A stretch of DNA of 64,000 nt from Thalia democratica (taxonomy: Eukaryota), in assembly GCA_965202585.1 (NCBI GenBank), contig OZ241831.1:14880001-14944000 (forward strand). Direction: 5' to 3'. The notes under the pieces are model-generated. The model was not told the DNA's origin, searched no databases, and saw only the letters and a list, made by a program, of their open reading frames with translations. This document shows, piece after piece, positions 30,251 to 45,100 of this stretch. Position 1 is the stretch's first letter; each line of letters opens with the position of its first letter. The position numbers and the translations under genes are program-made.

Positions 30251-30835
30251 TTATTTTTTACAGCTCTTCTTGGTACTTGCCTTCTTAGATGCTTTTTTGG
30301 CTACCGGCTTCTTCTTGGTTACTTTCTTCTTCTTGCTTGCAGCTTTTTTAGATGCTGCTTTCTTAGGAGCACACTTTTTAGCAGGTCGCTTTTTGGCTGC
30401 TGGTTTTTTCGCTGCCTTCTTGGGAGCACACTTCTTTACTCGTTTCTTTGCTGCGGCCTTCTTTACTGCTGGCTTTTTAGCTACTTTTTTTGTCCTCTTC
30501 TTGGGACCAGCAGCTGGCATTGGAGCAAGCTTGAACGAGCCGGAAGCGCCTTTTCCAGTAGTCTGGAGAAAAGAACCTTTGGCCACGCCGCTGGTAAGTG
30601 CTCTCTTCAAGTGAGAATTAGAAGCTGAGAGGTCAAGCTTGTAGGTGTCCGCGATATATTTTTGTATCTTCTGGCGGGATGTACCTTTTCGTTCCTTCAT
30701 TGCTCCCAGGGCAGAGCTAATCATCTCCTTGTAAGTCGGGTGTTCTGCCTTCTTGGCGCTTGGTCTCTTGGAAGACCTGGCCTTGGCTGCGGCCGCCGCT
30801 GCTACTGCTGGTGCTGCTACTGCTGTCGTAGACAT
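30251..30835 (-). CDS. H1: Linker histone H1 (terminal unit; two amino-acid differences)
   Basis: HPTYKEM and GVAKG instead of HPTYREM and GVTKG. Confidence 0.96.
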   Translation of the reverse strand: MSTTAVAAPAVAAAAAAKARSSKRPSAKKAEHPTYKEMISSALGAMKERKGTSRQKIQKYIADTYKLDLSASNSHLKRALTSGVAKGSFLQTTGKGASGSFKLAPMPAAGPKKRTKKVAKKPAVKKAAAKKRVKKCAPKKAAKKPAAKKRPAKKCAPKKAASKKAASKKKKVTKKKPVAKKASKKASTKKSCKK

Positions 30836-32931
30836 TTTGTATGTATTTTAAAGCAACCGAAACAATACTTTCAGTAGTTACTGACTGTGACGAATTGACT
30901 GTTGAGCAGTTTTACTTTGTGAAGTACCTTTTACTGATTAATACGAGCATTAGCATGTGAGTTTAAAGCGCATATGCTCATAAAAGCATAGTTTTATTTT
31001 TACGTTTATGCAAATTAACTATTTCTTTTAGAATATTAATTCGTTACGGACGTATTTTAATGAAAACAGGTTTCACTTTACCATTGACCGTTTGATGGCG
31101 CAAGATTTTTTTTCCATAGTCAATTTGTTGCAAATTTCGTTTTTAAAGATGAAATTTTTGCCCGTTGCCCACTTGCGGCGCTGTTGAGTCAAACCATCCG
31201 TCCCCACCTACCACCCTAATAGTTTATAGGTTTATATAGTTTCTAGTTTTACTTTCAAAATGTTAAAGTTTGTGCTACGTCACTACTGTGAAAAATTTTT
31301 GCAATGAAGTTTAACATCTAAATTTAGTTAGCTTCATATAAAGCAAAAATTTCATAGTTGCTTATCAAAAAACAACTACAAAGAATTTTTAGTAAAGTTT
31401 TAAAAGTTTTTAATCACAATACAGGGCTACTATCAAATGTTGTGCACTTTTTCTTTACATTACAAAATAACCAGTTTTATGTCCAGTTTTCATATTAATA
31501 AAGTTTAATATGAATAAATCAATAAAATTTAAATACTTTAATGTCATTTATTAACCTGACTTAAATAAGTAATGGGTCTTTTAAAGTTTGTTTTAAATAT
31601 TTTGTACAAATGTACAATAATCTATTTCTTTAGAAGATTAAGAGACATTTAAAACCTAATAAGTTTATATAAAAACTTACAGACTAATCATTCAACCAAA
31701 ACTTTCAAAACATTTAATAACTTTTATATTTAAGGTTTTTGAAAATATTAATTATCAATGGATCGTTTATTAATATCTTTTATATACGGTTTATATACCT
31801 TTATAAAGAAACTACAACTGATAGTTCTAACAATAGAAGGGAGTGAAGTAAAAATTAAAACCATCACATATACACTACATCTGTCTTAGAGTAAATAATA
31901 TAAACAAAACTGTCATTAAATTTAGATTAAGTATAATTAAACGAATTTTTAAAATACACTTTTAGTATGTTTAATAATACAAGTAAATAAAGATGTCTTA
32001 TGAAGTCTTATGAATATTGTATTCAATAACAATCTAACAACCCTAATTACTTTTTTTTTTTTCATTAAGTAAAATTAGAAAAATTTAACTTGTATTTTAA
32101 TGTACAATAAAATTTACCGTATTATAAGAAAATACAATGATCAGTCTTATCTATGATAACATATGTTCTTTTAATATCTAACACATATTGTTACAAAACA
32201 TAATCAATAAATATATAAACGAATTGATTAATTGCACCACTTATATTTTGATAGAATATCTTGGTCAAAAATAAAACATAAATACATTAGCATAACTTTT
32301 ACTATGAATTAATTATTTATTGAGAATGTATTAACACATCATAAAGCAAAAGATTAAACTAAAAGTATTTTTGAAAATTCTATGTTTTTGAATAATTATC
32401 TGTTTTTTTTGTGTATTTTTAAGGTTGTAGGAAGAGTTTACTGCTGATTTATAAAAAGAATACATCTTAAACATATTTGAGTACAAATTTCTAAAGAGTA
32501 TAGATGTATTTTTACTTTTATAATTTTTACACATGCTGAGTATTTTTAATTACATTTAAAACCAAATAATGCAAAACCAGATGTAATTTTTTTTTTGAAA
32601 ATTTCAAATTTTTTTTTGCTGTAAGCTGGTTTTTACATTTTCATAATAACAGTGCAAAGTCTTCTTAGTTTAAACATGAACTGATTTTATTTTAGCAGTA
32701 CAAAATAAACAATAAATGACTATAAAATATTGTTTATTATTATAAAGTGGTTTTTTTTAATGAAGTTAAAGTTTTTATAAGTAGATGGTAACTTTTGTAA
32801 ATGTTGTTAGATCTTATACTTAAGACTTAATTTAAGTTGGTTTTTGTAAATTTGTTCAAATATAAATTATGCATTTATTATTTACATATAACAAAAAATT
32901 ACAAATGAATGATAAGTTTGTTTTATATAAT

Positions 32932-33917
32932 CAGGGTGGCCACAAAACCCAAAAACATGGAACTTGACAATTTAGGCAAAAAATCCTGGGAAATTTAAAA
33001 AAAAACTTGAAAAAACATGTACAAAATCGTAAATACATCGAATTTTTTAAAATTTCAATTATTTTTTAACTTTTTCCTAAAAAATATAAATTTTATCGTA
33101 GACTTAAAATAACATAGTACAAGTTTTTAATTAGTAATAAATAAATTAATTCTTTAACTAATGAAACTAATTTTTATTTTAAGTTAAATGTTTTGAATGT
33201 CAAGTAAAGTCAGTAAACAATAATCGATTTCTGACTGATGCAACTTAAGTTATTGACTTCGGCTATGAAATAAAAGAATGACATTTTTTTTAAATAGAAA
33301 GATACTTATACTTTTCAACATTTAGGTTTTAAAAGAAAATACTATCTAGTCTCTGTGAAGCGCTGTCATAGTTTTTGGAGTAGATAAATTTGCCTCTGTA
33401 ATTAAAAGAAGCTAAGAGAAAAAGAAATTTAAAAGCAAGATTAAAATAAGAGCAGAGCAAAACAAAAATGTCCGATGCAATATTTAATACCGTAGCAGCT
33501 ATAATAAACCTTAGTTTTATTGTATAAGTTATAATTCATTAGTTGCTTTTATTTAGCTTTGTATTAGTTGTTGCAAATTTTGTTAGATATCTTGATAATT
33601 ATTAATTAAAAGTAATAAATTGAAACTAACAAACTGTTTATATTATATATCAACATAAAGGCTTTTAACAGTCATATGAGAAGAATTTTGAAGAAATTGG
33701 TTTAAAATATTGGTACAGGTTATAATAGAAAAAAAAAAACAAATATTAGATAATAGTTATAATGTATCATTTAATTAGTTTAAATTTATCAAAGAACAAT
33801 TTTTTTATTTTAAGATTAATTTTTTACTGAAAATTTTCAAAAAAAGATGTGCTCTCAAATATCTAAAAAAAATTTTGAAAACCAGGAAAAATTTTCCAAC
33901 AACTAGTGGCCACCATG
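32932..33917. mobile_element. Non-autonomous DNA transposon with CAGGGTGGCCAC TIRs
   Basis: TIRs CAGGGTGGCCAC / GTGGCCACCATG (11/12); TATAAT on both flanks. Confidence 0.75.
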
Positions 33918-36023
33918 TATAATGCATCATCTCGTTTTAATAACTGTTTCCTTGAGCTTAAAATTAAAGAATTAATACATATATATAAGCTTTTAATGTG
34001 TCAAATAAAAAGAATAGTTATTAGAAAGTTGTACACTAATTACTAAAAAAAAGTGCACACTTAGTTTCGAACTCATGCTTATTTGAACAAAACGATAAAA
34101 ACTGCTGCTCATTTGTAATAAAACATGCAGCCATTTAAAACTTCTTAAGGAATAAAATAACGACCACAACAAATCTAGTTAGTATACATATCTAAAAATA
34201 TTTTTCTTTGAAAAATGTGGTACATAGTTAACTAATTTATACTATAAACTGTACTATTTTATCAACTGCAATAGCTAAGATGAATTAAACCTGTGTTTAT
34301 CAGCAAAAATTACTAATAAAACTATGTTTCATATTTATTTCTAAATTTCTTATCTATATAAAACAATAAAAATTTGCCATTTTTAAAACAGGTCTAATAT
34401 TAAAGTTCTGTACTGAAACGTTGTATTCAATTGTATAATAATAAACTATAAAATTACTGTGTGGCCATATGGTGTAGGGGTCCAATAATTGCTAGTATTG
34501 AAAACTCTTTGAGTTGAAAGTTACAAGGTCAAAACCCAGTTGTTAACACAAACAAAAAATTTAAAGTGTGACTTTTAATTAGTAAGGAAGCAAAAATGTA
34601 AATTAATAACTAATTAACATACACTAGATATTCTAGGGTTGTATGATAAGTAAAAAATAACTAAAACTACGGTCTGAGACCACCAAATGTCTGAATAAAA
34701 GGGGCAATATTTTCTGATAATGAGTTTGGTTTAGTGAAACAGCTATTAGCTAAATAGACTTAGTTTTAAATTTTGTGTTTGTATAGAGTTATTAGAAACA
34801 TTTTTACAAACTGCTTAACAGAACTAAGTTGAGCAAATAATAGAAGTCAATAAGTTCAAAATCCTTAATTTTTTACTAAACATTGTTTTCACTCTTTGTG
34901 TATTCAATACACTCAACGTGTTGTTATACATCATTTTCTGTTTAGTAAGTTGGGTTTTTATTTAATACATTAATAGTGAAGTTAATATATTCGATAATAA
35001 ATTTAAATACTCTATATTGAAATTCAGTAGTACACTTAATATTATCAAATAATTAAATAAGCTTATATGGTTAGTAAAATGATATTTGAAGCATCTACCT
35101 AATAAACATCTATTATTATAAAGACATCGTTTTCATTACGGTTTTATACAAAAACATTGATTTTTGCTGAATATTAAAATCTACTTCTTGACTGAAACCG
35201 GCCGGATTTCCGAGCATTCACTATTCTCAGTTAGTATGTTGATTGGGTTCTAATGGCGTTGATCCAGTTTAGATTGTGGCAATCACTACTTTATATTTAT
35301 ACTATTGTTAAAAATTTGTTAAATAAGTCTATATTTCTTTTTTTCCGTATATTTACTAAGTTCTTGATAAAATTGTTTTTAAATAAAGTTGAGTAGATTA
35401 ACTGCTAAAATAGAAAGTTAAAAATATCTTAGCTAATCTTTGTAAAGAGTTTATTAAAAATTATTTTTTGTTTTGTGTCTATTTTGGTGGTTTATCTTGC
35501 TTTATTTGAACTTAAATGTTTTGTCTACATTTACAGTTATATTAAAATTTATAATAGATAGTGAGAATACTTTTTTTTTAATAAGCGCATAGATTTTATG
35601 TTTCTAGACAAAAAACTCTAACAATTAAACACTAACTATTTTAAGAAATTCAATTATTCTAAGTTTTTTTAGTGTATGTTTTTTTTCTATTTATATATTC
35701 TTGTTTATTTAAAAGTTAAAACTTTCAATTTTTATTTTATTTTATAGCTTAAAACAGTTAAGATAAATATGTGGTGTGTAGCGAACTGAAAGGTCTTTCT
35801 ATACATCAGATCTTAAACCATATTTTTGGGCGTCGATTTCTTTATCATGTTCAATAAAATATAGACTTATATTACGCTTTAAAGAAGCTATGTGTTGATC
35901 ATTTCGACTAAAAATAAAAACAACAGTGAACATGCTATGCTTGAATTTTTGAAAACTGAAAAAAAAAAAAACAATCTCGTATATAAAAGCGAAAGTTACA
36001 TGAAAAAATTCAAACTATGTGTT

Positions 36024-36126
36024 TTAGTTTTGGTCTTCATCTACATACTCGTATTCAAATGTGTATTCTACATCAGTATTTCTATCAGGCTTGTTTTTTT
36101 CGCTTTTGTTTAAATTTTCTTTACTT
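36024..36126 (-). CDS. ATP8A: P4-ATPase putative last coding exon
   Basis: Phase-compatible open frame [34 protein letters not shown] after tttag. Confidence 0.5.
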
Positions 36127-39100
36127 CTAAATTAATTATAGGAAAATCAATATTTGAAAAAATACCTTTATGTAGAAGATTTTTTCTTAGAACCCTTGAA
36201 CTTAAATACTTAAAATCAAGGCTTAGTTTATAAAACACAAATTATAAAATCAATTCAGTAAACTAAAAGTTAAAATAAGAAAGTTAAAAAGTTCTATAAT
36301 TTTATTCATTAAACTAACTCTGATGGAAATCTTTGGTGAAACTTTTTCTGTTCAGCTATTTTAAATCGTACCTTGTTTCTTATCGTTTCCTGATTGAACG
36401 ACCGATTCCACCTAGATAATAGTTAATTAAATCTGATCAAGATTACATAAAAATAGCTTATACTACTACTTATGACTTAAAAATAACTAGTGTAACTTTT
36501 TTATAGTGACTATTTAATCATAAAAGGTTAAAAATATTATAAAGTTTAGTTTTTAATTCATATAATAGTAAATATATAAATTATAAAATTATCTATTTAA
36601 GTTCAAATAGTTTTTATTTTATTTCATAAATCTTGAAAACAAAACAGCCCAATCATTAAATGAAAACTACACATAAAATTTCAAGGTAAAACAAAAAACT
36701 TCGAGTTTGAACTCACACTTTGAATATGACGTCCCTGTACAGAGTTATGATGGGAAACAGAAGGCATCCGAGCCAGAAATGTGGCGATTCGCACATGTTC
36801 CAAAAAACCGCGTAAAATACATCTCCGAAGGGAAGGGTCGGAAACATGTATTGGTACAAAATGCAGAAGAGAAACCAGAAACCAATACTTCCCCACACCG
36901 AAATATGCGCCCACTGTAATATTATTATTGTATAAAAGAAATCACTCAAGTATAAACACTTCTTTTTCATATTTTAAAAATCTGAGAAAAAAGCACTCAC
37001 TTGCTTAGGACAGCGCAACCTTTTATCTAAACCGCAACATTTAGAAACTTTAATTACTTTAACAAAATTAATTCATTTTGCAGTAGCACTATATTTACTT
37101 AAGCAATTACTGAGCAGATAAATGTTTAACACAACTTACTTTATAGTAAACATTTGTTTTGTAGTTTGTTATAGTTAAGCAATTTAGATAGTTAGAGAAA
37201 TCAAAAGATAGACTTTTTAGATCAATCTTGTCCCAATTTTAGATAAAAAAGTTTTAAAATCAATTTAAGATCAAACTTTAAACTAGTTTGTAGAATATGG
37301 CCTTTATAATATTAAATTGTTGGTAAATTCATACATCATTGAGGACATTCCTGGCTTAGGGCAGTGCTTAAACATTTTAATAAGATTACCCCATACAAAA
37401 ACCATTTGTCCAATACTATAAAATAAATTTTTAATTTTAATCTGTTTTTTCAATGAATTAACTTCGTTTTTAAGGCTTTAAAAAGAATTTAAATAAATTT
37501 AGTCCATCCGATTAGGGTTTTTGTATATACTTATAGGCAGGTTTTAATAAAACAGTAAAGTATCCATATGCAGATACTTAAGTCCAATTTTGGGATACAA
37601 GATAAAAAAAAATCCTGAATGTGTGCTCTAAAAAGTGACAAGTTAAATTCACATTTATTGAATTTTAGTTTAGGTTGATTTATTACTATATTTTGAAATA
37701 GGATTGCATCACAAGCTACTTATTACTTTTTAAATAAAATTAATTTTTAATAATTTTGTTAGATACATAGTTTAAACCAATGAAATATATTTCAATAGCT
37801 AAAAAAAACCTTGTATAAAACAAACTTTAAGAATCTTATTTAACTTAACAAATAGTAAAACTTTGAAACTATAACTATTGTAAATTCAAATAAGTTTACA
37901 TATTCCATCTAAACATACTTTTTTTAGTTTAGGTTTTTTAGGTGAAAAATCGTAAAAAATGAAAGCTTTGAAAATAATACATTTTTTTTTTACTAACATT
38001 TTAAATTGTTATTCTGAAAAAGCATGTAGCTTTTAATTTACTAAACAAACAATATACAAGTACTACTATGTTTTAAATTTAAAATAAAACTAACTTTAGT
38101 CCAGCTATTGAATTCTAAACCGGCTTTTAGTGATACGGTGATACAAACATACTGTTGAAAATTTTATATTTATTAATGTACTTTATTTAGCGACTAAACT
38201 TCAGTTTTACAAAACTTTTTTTGAAAGTAAAAAAAACAGTTTTGTTACATTAACTGACAATACTATCTATTATTTTTCATAGTAACACTTAAATTTTAAT
38301 TAAACTAATTTAACTTTAATTAAGTATTCTAAGTGAGTTATCAAACACAGTTGTAAAAAAAAGTATTGAAGTATAAACTAACTAATGACTATAATTAAAA
38401 AACATAAGATATGATTTTATAACGATGTATAAATATAAGTAAATAGTATAGTAAAAAAACAATTTTTTGAACACTTTATTAAGTTATATTAAAATGAAAT
38501 TAGATGCTTAAATAAATTTATTAACTTTTATAAGCAGGGCTGCAAAATGTTTTTGGCAAATTTCATCCAGGTTTTTAAAAATTACCCCCAGGTTTTTAAA
38601 AGTACACGTTTTTGGGTCTATTTTTAGTTTGAAGTTAAGTTGAAGGTAAAAAACTGTGTTTAATAGTATAAAATCATTGAAAAGATACTGTAAAGCTGCT
38701 TCAAATGTGTTAAAAAAAATATTTTATGATGACAATATTTTTTTATTTATATGGCAGATCTTTTGAGTCAAATCAAAAGTTTTCTACGTAACATGTAAAA
38801 ATTGTTTAAAATTTTAGGTTTTTCCAAGTTTTTTTTTTTTCAAATAAACTCAAATTCCAGGTTTTCGAGTTTTTTGGCAACCCTGTAAAAGTTATCAATA
38901 TTTGTGTATAGTCTAAAAATTTCAAACTAACAGTGAAAATAAAGTTTCCAAGAAATAAATAACTGTGCATTTTTCCATTTGGTAAGAGAGAGGCTGAAAA
39001 ACATATAATTACTACCTAAAGAAAATGACACTTTCTTAATCAGTACGTTGTTTATTTTTATAAATTTATCAAATATTAAAGCTTTTCGAAATATTTAATA

Positions 39101-42100
39101 CATTATTATAAGTAAAATAAAACTTCAAACTGTTTTTCAAAAGACATATTAAAATTTAAATTGATCATGACGCAATCATACAAGGTTATAAAAAGCAAGC
39201 TCAACTTAATAAACTAAAAAAAAAGAAGCAAGTTAACAAATTTTCGATAAAGATTTTTTTAATTTCATTTTAACAGCAAATTTTTGGCTACTTCAAACTA
39301 AAAAAACTAATACATCTATCATACTATAAAAATTATAAATCAGTAATCAAAACAAAGCGGACCTTTTTCCAGGACGATGGTGGGCAAGAAGAAGAGGATG
39401 AAGGAGTGGAGCAGCGCGCCGGCCGCCATCTGCCAGAACACGTACGTGTTGAAGTCGTCGCAGTGCTGCGTGCAACCGTACAGCACCGGGTACTTGTACA
39501 TGACGTCGCGCGGGAAAGTCCGGTCGAATATTCCGATGGTGAACGGCTGCAGCGCCGTGAATATCTGTTTCGGGGATTTTTTCGAATGTTTAGTGGAAAT
39601 GTTCATGTGCGAGTTTTAAACGGGGTTTTGTATTTGTTTTGTATTGCGCTAAATGAGCTGATTTTTCAGGCTTTAAAAAACTCGGGAAAAAGCTTCCATT
39701 GACAAAAGGCTTTAAACTTTTGCACAGCTTGTTTAATACAGGGTAAGCGTGCACTACTTCTTTAATGAACGTTTATCAAACATTCTGATATGCCGTGAGT
39801 GCCACTAAAATTTTAAGGGAATTTTCATGTACAAGTTTTATTTTTCTCCAGTGTATGCTCTTCGATTTCAATACGTTTCAAAGCCATAAGATGCGAAATA
39901 TATAAAAATTGAGTCTTATTGGTTTCAGTAAATACAACTTTGTAGGGAATTGCGTAAAAGTATAAAAATTAATCACGCATTTTCAATGTGGAAGAACACT
40001 TAAAACCTTATTGAGATGTCCTTTAAACTACATGGTATATAGGATATTGCTTGAAATAAATAAAAGCACTAAACAATTATAAAAAAAAATCTTACCCATA
40101 TAATTAAATACTGAAGATAATAAAGCTTCAGGACTTATAGAAATGAAATAAACGGTTTTTGTGTTTTATTTAATTTTGTAAAGTAATAAATTGATTTAAT
40201 ATTTAGTAATTTAGATGCTAAATGAACCCAATCTTCAAATATTTTATTTATATTACAACCTGAACTAAAACTTTATACTAGCTTAACAATTTTATTATAA
40301 ACAACTTTATAAAACAATTTTATTATCTGAACTAAACTAACAGAATTTTTGAAATTATAATAGCATAAAAAAACCAAATTTTGCTTTAACAAACAATAAC
40401 ATAAAACAAAGTTCTGATATGCTTTAAAAAGGGCATTAAAAAGTTTTACGGAACTTTTTTTATGTATTTTGAACTTATTCCATCATTTTTAAACTATATG
40501 TTTCTTTGTCCCTTTTTAAAAATTAAATCAGGTGGTTTAATAAATTTAACATGTTTTGAATTTTCTATTGCAACCAGCATTTTTTATCATGTTTTTGTCA
40601 TAAAATTGTTTAAAGCCTTATATATAGATAAAACAAAAAAGTCTTATTACCTAGTTGCGTTTTTAAGCTACCGTTTTATTTATTAAACAAACACGGCCTC
40701 ACTGTTTAAAAACTTAATTTGTTTTTGGTAATATCTTAAAAAATTTGGTGTAATACAGAAGTAGCTTACATACATGTTAGTATTAAGTTCTTTTTTTAAT
40801 ATTATAGTATATTATAATTGGTCTTTCAAACTCAAATTACTATTTCCATTACAAGATAAAAATATTCATATAAATATCAAATAATTATCTAAACTTAACT
40901 TTTGTACAAGTGTTCAGTAAAAAAAACTATTTTTAGAAAAATTTAGGTAAAAATGCTGGTTTCTTTATACAGAAATGTGTTTATTTATTTCTTTATTGTT
41001 AAGGAACATAAAGTGTCAAGCAAATTTTTTACAAAATATAAAATTGTGAAAAATAAATTAACTTTTAAGCAAACAAGAAAAATATTTAGCTTTTGGAAAA
41101 AAAAAAAACACAAAGCTTTCTATACTTTCAAATATAAAAACATTTTCAAAGCCATTTTTTGGATACATTTAAACTAACTAAAAGTTTATCATAACTTTCA
41201 TAGAAGTATGCCTTTTATAGTTTTAAAACGTTCATATTTAAAACCAAAATAACAAAAGTGAAATTAAATGTAAGATGTATGTTTTAAAATAAACCAAAAG
41301 TTCAAGGGTTTTTCGAAAAAAAAAGCTAAAAATTCCAGTGAATTTTACGATCTTTAAAAAATATCAGAATCAAAAATTTTTGAGGATACTATGATATTTG
41401 GCCACCTTAAACTTAGTATACTTATTATTAGAAAATAGTAGCGTTGTATTATTCTACAGATAAAAAAAAAGTATGGTATAACTAACACAAAAAATTTTTT
41501 TTAGAGCTTTTACAATTAAGTAAAAAAAAATGTTATTCAACTAAATATTTAACGGAAAATATTTAAAATCCAGTTGTACAACAACCTTACTAAAAATTTG
41601 AAAATTTATATAAATTAATTTATGGATTATACGCTTTAAAAAAATATTTTTTTCTTACTACTTAAGTAATTTTTTTCGCATTGCATTATATAGTTTATTA
41701 AAAAAATCTGCTATAAAATTATAATTTTATTTATGTTAAAACTAAATTAGCCTGAAACATATAAGTAGAATCAAAGCCTATAACTTTTAAGACTAACTAA
41801 TACTTATTAAATTTTAACAATTAAAATATAACTGACCATATTGTAAACAGAGATGGTCCATCTATCAAAAAGAATCTGACCAGTGAACCCATTGTAAAAA
41901 GCATACCAAAACTGTAGAAAATAACGTAAGATAAAAAATCACAACTTATTTGATATTTTTTATAAGGTAACATAATAGTTATATTTTATGTTATTTTAGA
42001 AATAAAGTGATTTTATTTAGGGAAGGAGTCGTCAGCTTTTTATAAGTTTGAAAGGCCATAACTACTACAAAAAGCCTTCAGCGGGCAACAAAACTTTGAA

Positions 42101-45100
42101 AAGTTATATAAAAAAAAAACCATTTTTATTTAAAGTTGTAACAAACAGAGCATTTAATAATCAAAAATGTTTTTATCAAGTAATTATAAACAAATAATCA
42201 AGTAAACATACTTGAATCATGTACAAGCATATATTTTTGTAAAACGAATACAAAACACATTTGGCCAGTCTCGTGTAATTCCAACTACCATGGACTAGAA
42301 GCAGTGGCTTTAAATATTTGAACTGAAAAAATGTAGATATGTGACAATATTAAAACAAAACAAAAATTACATGTTTTTTATTTAAGTAGTAAAATATTTT
42401 CAATACTACAATTAGAGGCTAAAAATAGATTTCTTAAAAAATAATTTTAAATGCCTGTTCATAAATACAAACAATAAAAACAGTAATACATAAACGAAAA
42501 TAAAAACTTGTTTTAAATTTTTAAAACTTTCACCTCAATACAAACTTCGTGTTTAAAACAATCAGGGTTGCCAATCTACGAGGAAATAAAGCCAGCCTGA
42601 GTGACAAAAACCTAGTCTGAGTACATAAGAAAATTGAAAAATAAAACTAATATGCACCAAAAACAAAAAGTCTTGCGATAACGGTTTTTTACAAACATAG
42701 TTCAGCTTTGCTAAACTATTTAAAAAAGTAATTTTTAACTCTAAGCAACAGTGTAATCTTATTCATTTTGGAAAACTTTTAAATCATATATAAATGTCTC
42801 TTCCAATAGAAACTACTTTTTTCAAAATTAAAAAATGCATTCATTGGCATAGAATTTTATTTTTTTATTATTTAAACCTGAGCAACAGAGTAATCAGACG
42901 CGTTGGCGGCCTGAAGTCCTTCTTGCCCCGATATACCGACACCCACGTGTGCTGACTGGATCATCGGGACATCGTTTCCTCCGTCGCCTATCGCTAGCGT
43001 CACCTTGTGAACGTGTCCTTTCACCTGTATAAATATTGAACTTTCCACCTTTAAAAGTTTTATCTAAAATTTTACAAAATAAATAAAATAGCTTATAAAA
43101 AATATGACCATTTTATATCTAAAATATCCAAAACTTGTATCTTGCATTACTAACAATATCTTTATTATGATTTAAAAACTATGGTTAAAAAATTTAAATT
43201 TTATGAATGTATTTATTAAAACACACAATAATCTAACTAGCAAATTATCGCTAATTTTTAGTTTTTCTAATTCTTACGAAAACAGCATATTTTTATTAAT
43301 TAAAAAAAGGTTTTTTGTACTACAAAAGCCTTAATACTCTTTAAAAAAGGTCTAACATTTTTTTTCAAATACTTTTTACAACACGTTGTTTTGAATGTAA
43401 ATAAATAAATAGTATAAAGGTAATTTATTTAAATTAATTGTTTTTGTAATCTAAGTAATAAAGAATAATGTGTTTTCTACTATAAGTTACTAAATTTATT
43501 TTAAGCTTTCAAAAAAAAAAAGTTTGGACCATAGGTAACTAAAACTAATAAATAACAATTTTTAGATCTTGTTTAATTTTTTTATACATTTTTATTTTAT
43601 TTTCTCGTTTTAGCTAATAGTTCATGTTTATTAATAGTTTTTTTATATGACATTAATGTTTTCAAACTTTTTATTCTGACAAGATCATTGAGCGAAACAT
43701 TGTTTATGAAATAAATTTGTGAAAAGACAAATATCAATATGTTTACTTTTCTTTGCTGAAGTTCAGAACTTTAGTTTTTTGATTAACAACTTAAATCATA
43801 ATAATTGTAATAATTTCAAGAGTAAATGATAACACATTGTTTTATTACCAGATCGACGATGTCAGCTTTTTGAATGGGGGAAACCCGGCAACAGAGAACA
43901 GCTTTGCACGACAGGGCGACGTCGAGGAACTTTGTGACGTCATGAGTGGCGAGATGGAGGGAGGGGCCGGCGACGACGAGTCCCAGGTTGAGTTGGTCGG
44001 CCTGGCGCAAGTTGGTCTCTCCTATGTGGATGAGCGCTCTCTCGATCTCCTGCTGGATCGCCTGTTCGACGTTTGTTGAAAAGTTTAACGGCGCTTGTTT
44101 TAACTAAAAAAGATTTAAAAAAGTATTTCAAATGAAATAGTTAGTTTAAATTGATGTTATTTGGAAAAAAAAACTTTTGTTCGTTCTTAAATAAAGTATT
44201 GTTACTGAGTAGTGAAAGTTAAAAAAAAAAACAGAAACAGAGTATTTTGCTATTAAAAAAAAATAGTATTGCTTTTTTGCCGATACACGCACTTTTTTCA
44301 GATATGAATAGTTCTTTTACAAAAGTTTTTTCAAATCTCACTAATATTAATCAAACTTTTATTACAAAAATAAATCTTTAACAATCCCATTTTATACCAT
44401 GAAAACAAACGAACGTCGAAGCTGTTGCTCTTCAACACGAACAACTTCATGTTTTCGTTGATGAGCTTGCACGAGTTGGCGATGTTCAGCGCGGTTTCGA
44501 TCTTGTCCCCGGTCAGCACCCACACCTTGATGTTGGCCCGCAGCAAAATTTCTATCGTGTCCGGCACCTCGTCCTGCAGCTTGTCTTCTATGGCGGTCGC
44601 CCCGAGAAGGTACAAGTTCTGAAAAAAACTGAATAAAAGGAAATTAGGACAAAGTAACTTTTTCCTCAAATGTGTGTTCTTATTTTATAGATTTAAAAGA
44701 GGTTCTTTGGAATTAAAAATAAGTTTAACTAACATAGACAACATTAGAAGGTTAAGAGTTTAATCAAAAATACATACTGAATAACTTATTATTCATAAGT
44801 TTTTATTCAGTGCACATCTTTGAAAAATTTAGAAATTATATTTTTAGGCTGATAATTTGAGGTAGCGTGAAAATCATAATAAAAAGTAAGTAACTGTCAA
44901 AGGTGATAAAACTTAATGGATAAAAATATTTAAACTATTAAAATGAACCTTAACAACTCTGACCTGCAAAAAATGTTCTAAAAAATAGATTTAAGCTTTC
45001 TTCAAGGGAATGCACTGAAATTCAATTTAGCTATTTCTGAAGTGCTAACAGTTATTTTATAATTCATTCTAATTATTTATTTCATGGTTCATTTGCAGAG

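Noticed and set aside
34460-34530. tRNA/SINE-like remnant (TGGTGTAGGG...GGTCAAAACCC)
   Set aside because: Only weak A- and B-box resemblance; no cloverleaf or second copy in the window.
35170-35890. Alternative terminal exons of the flippase near 35.2 and 35.8 kb
   Set aside because: Short open frames with poor acceptors and no homology support.
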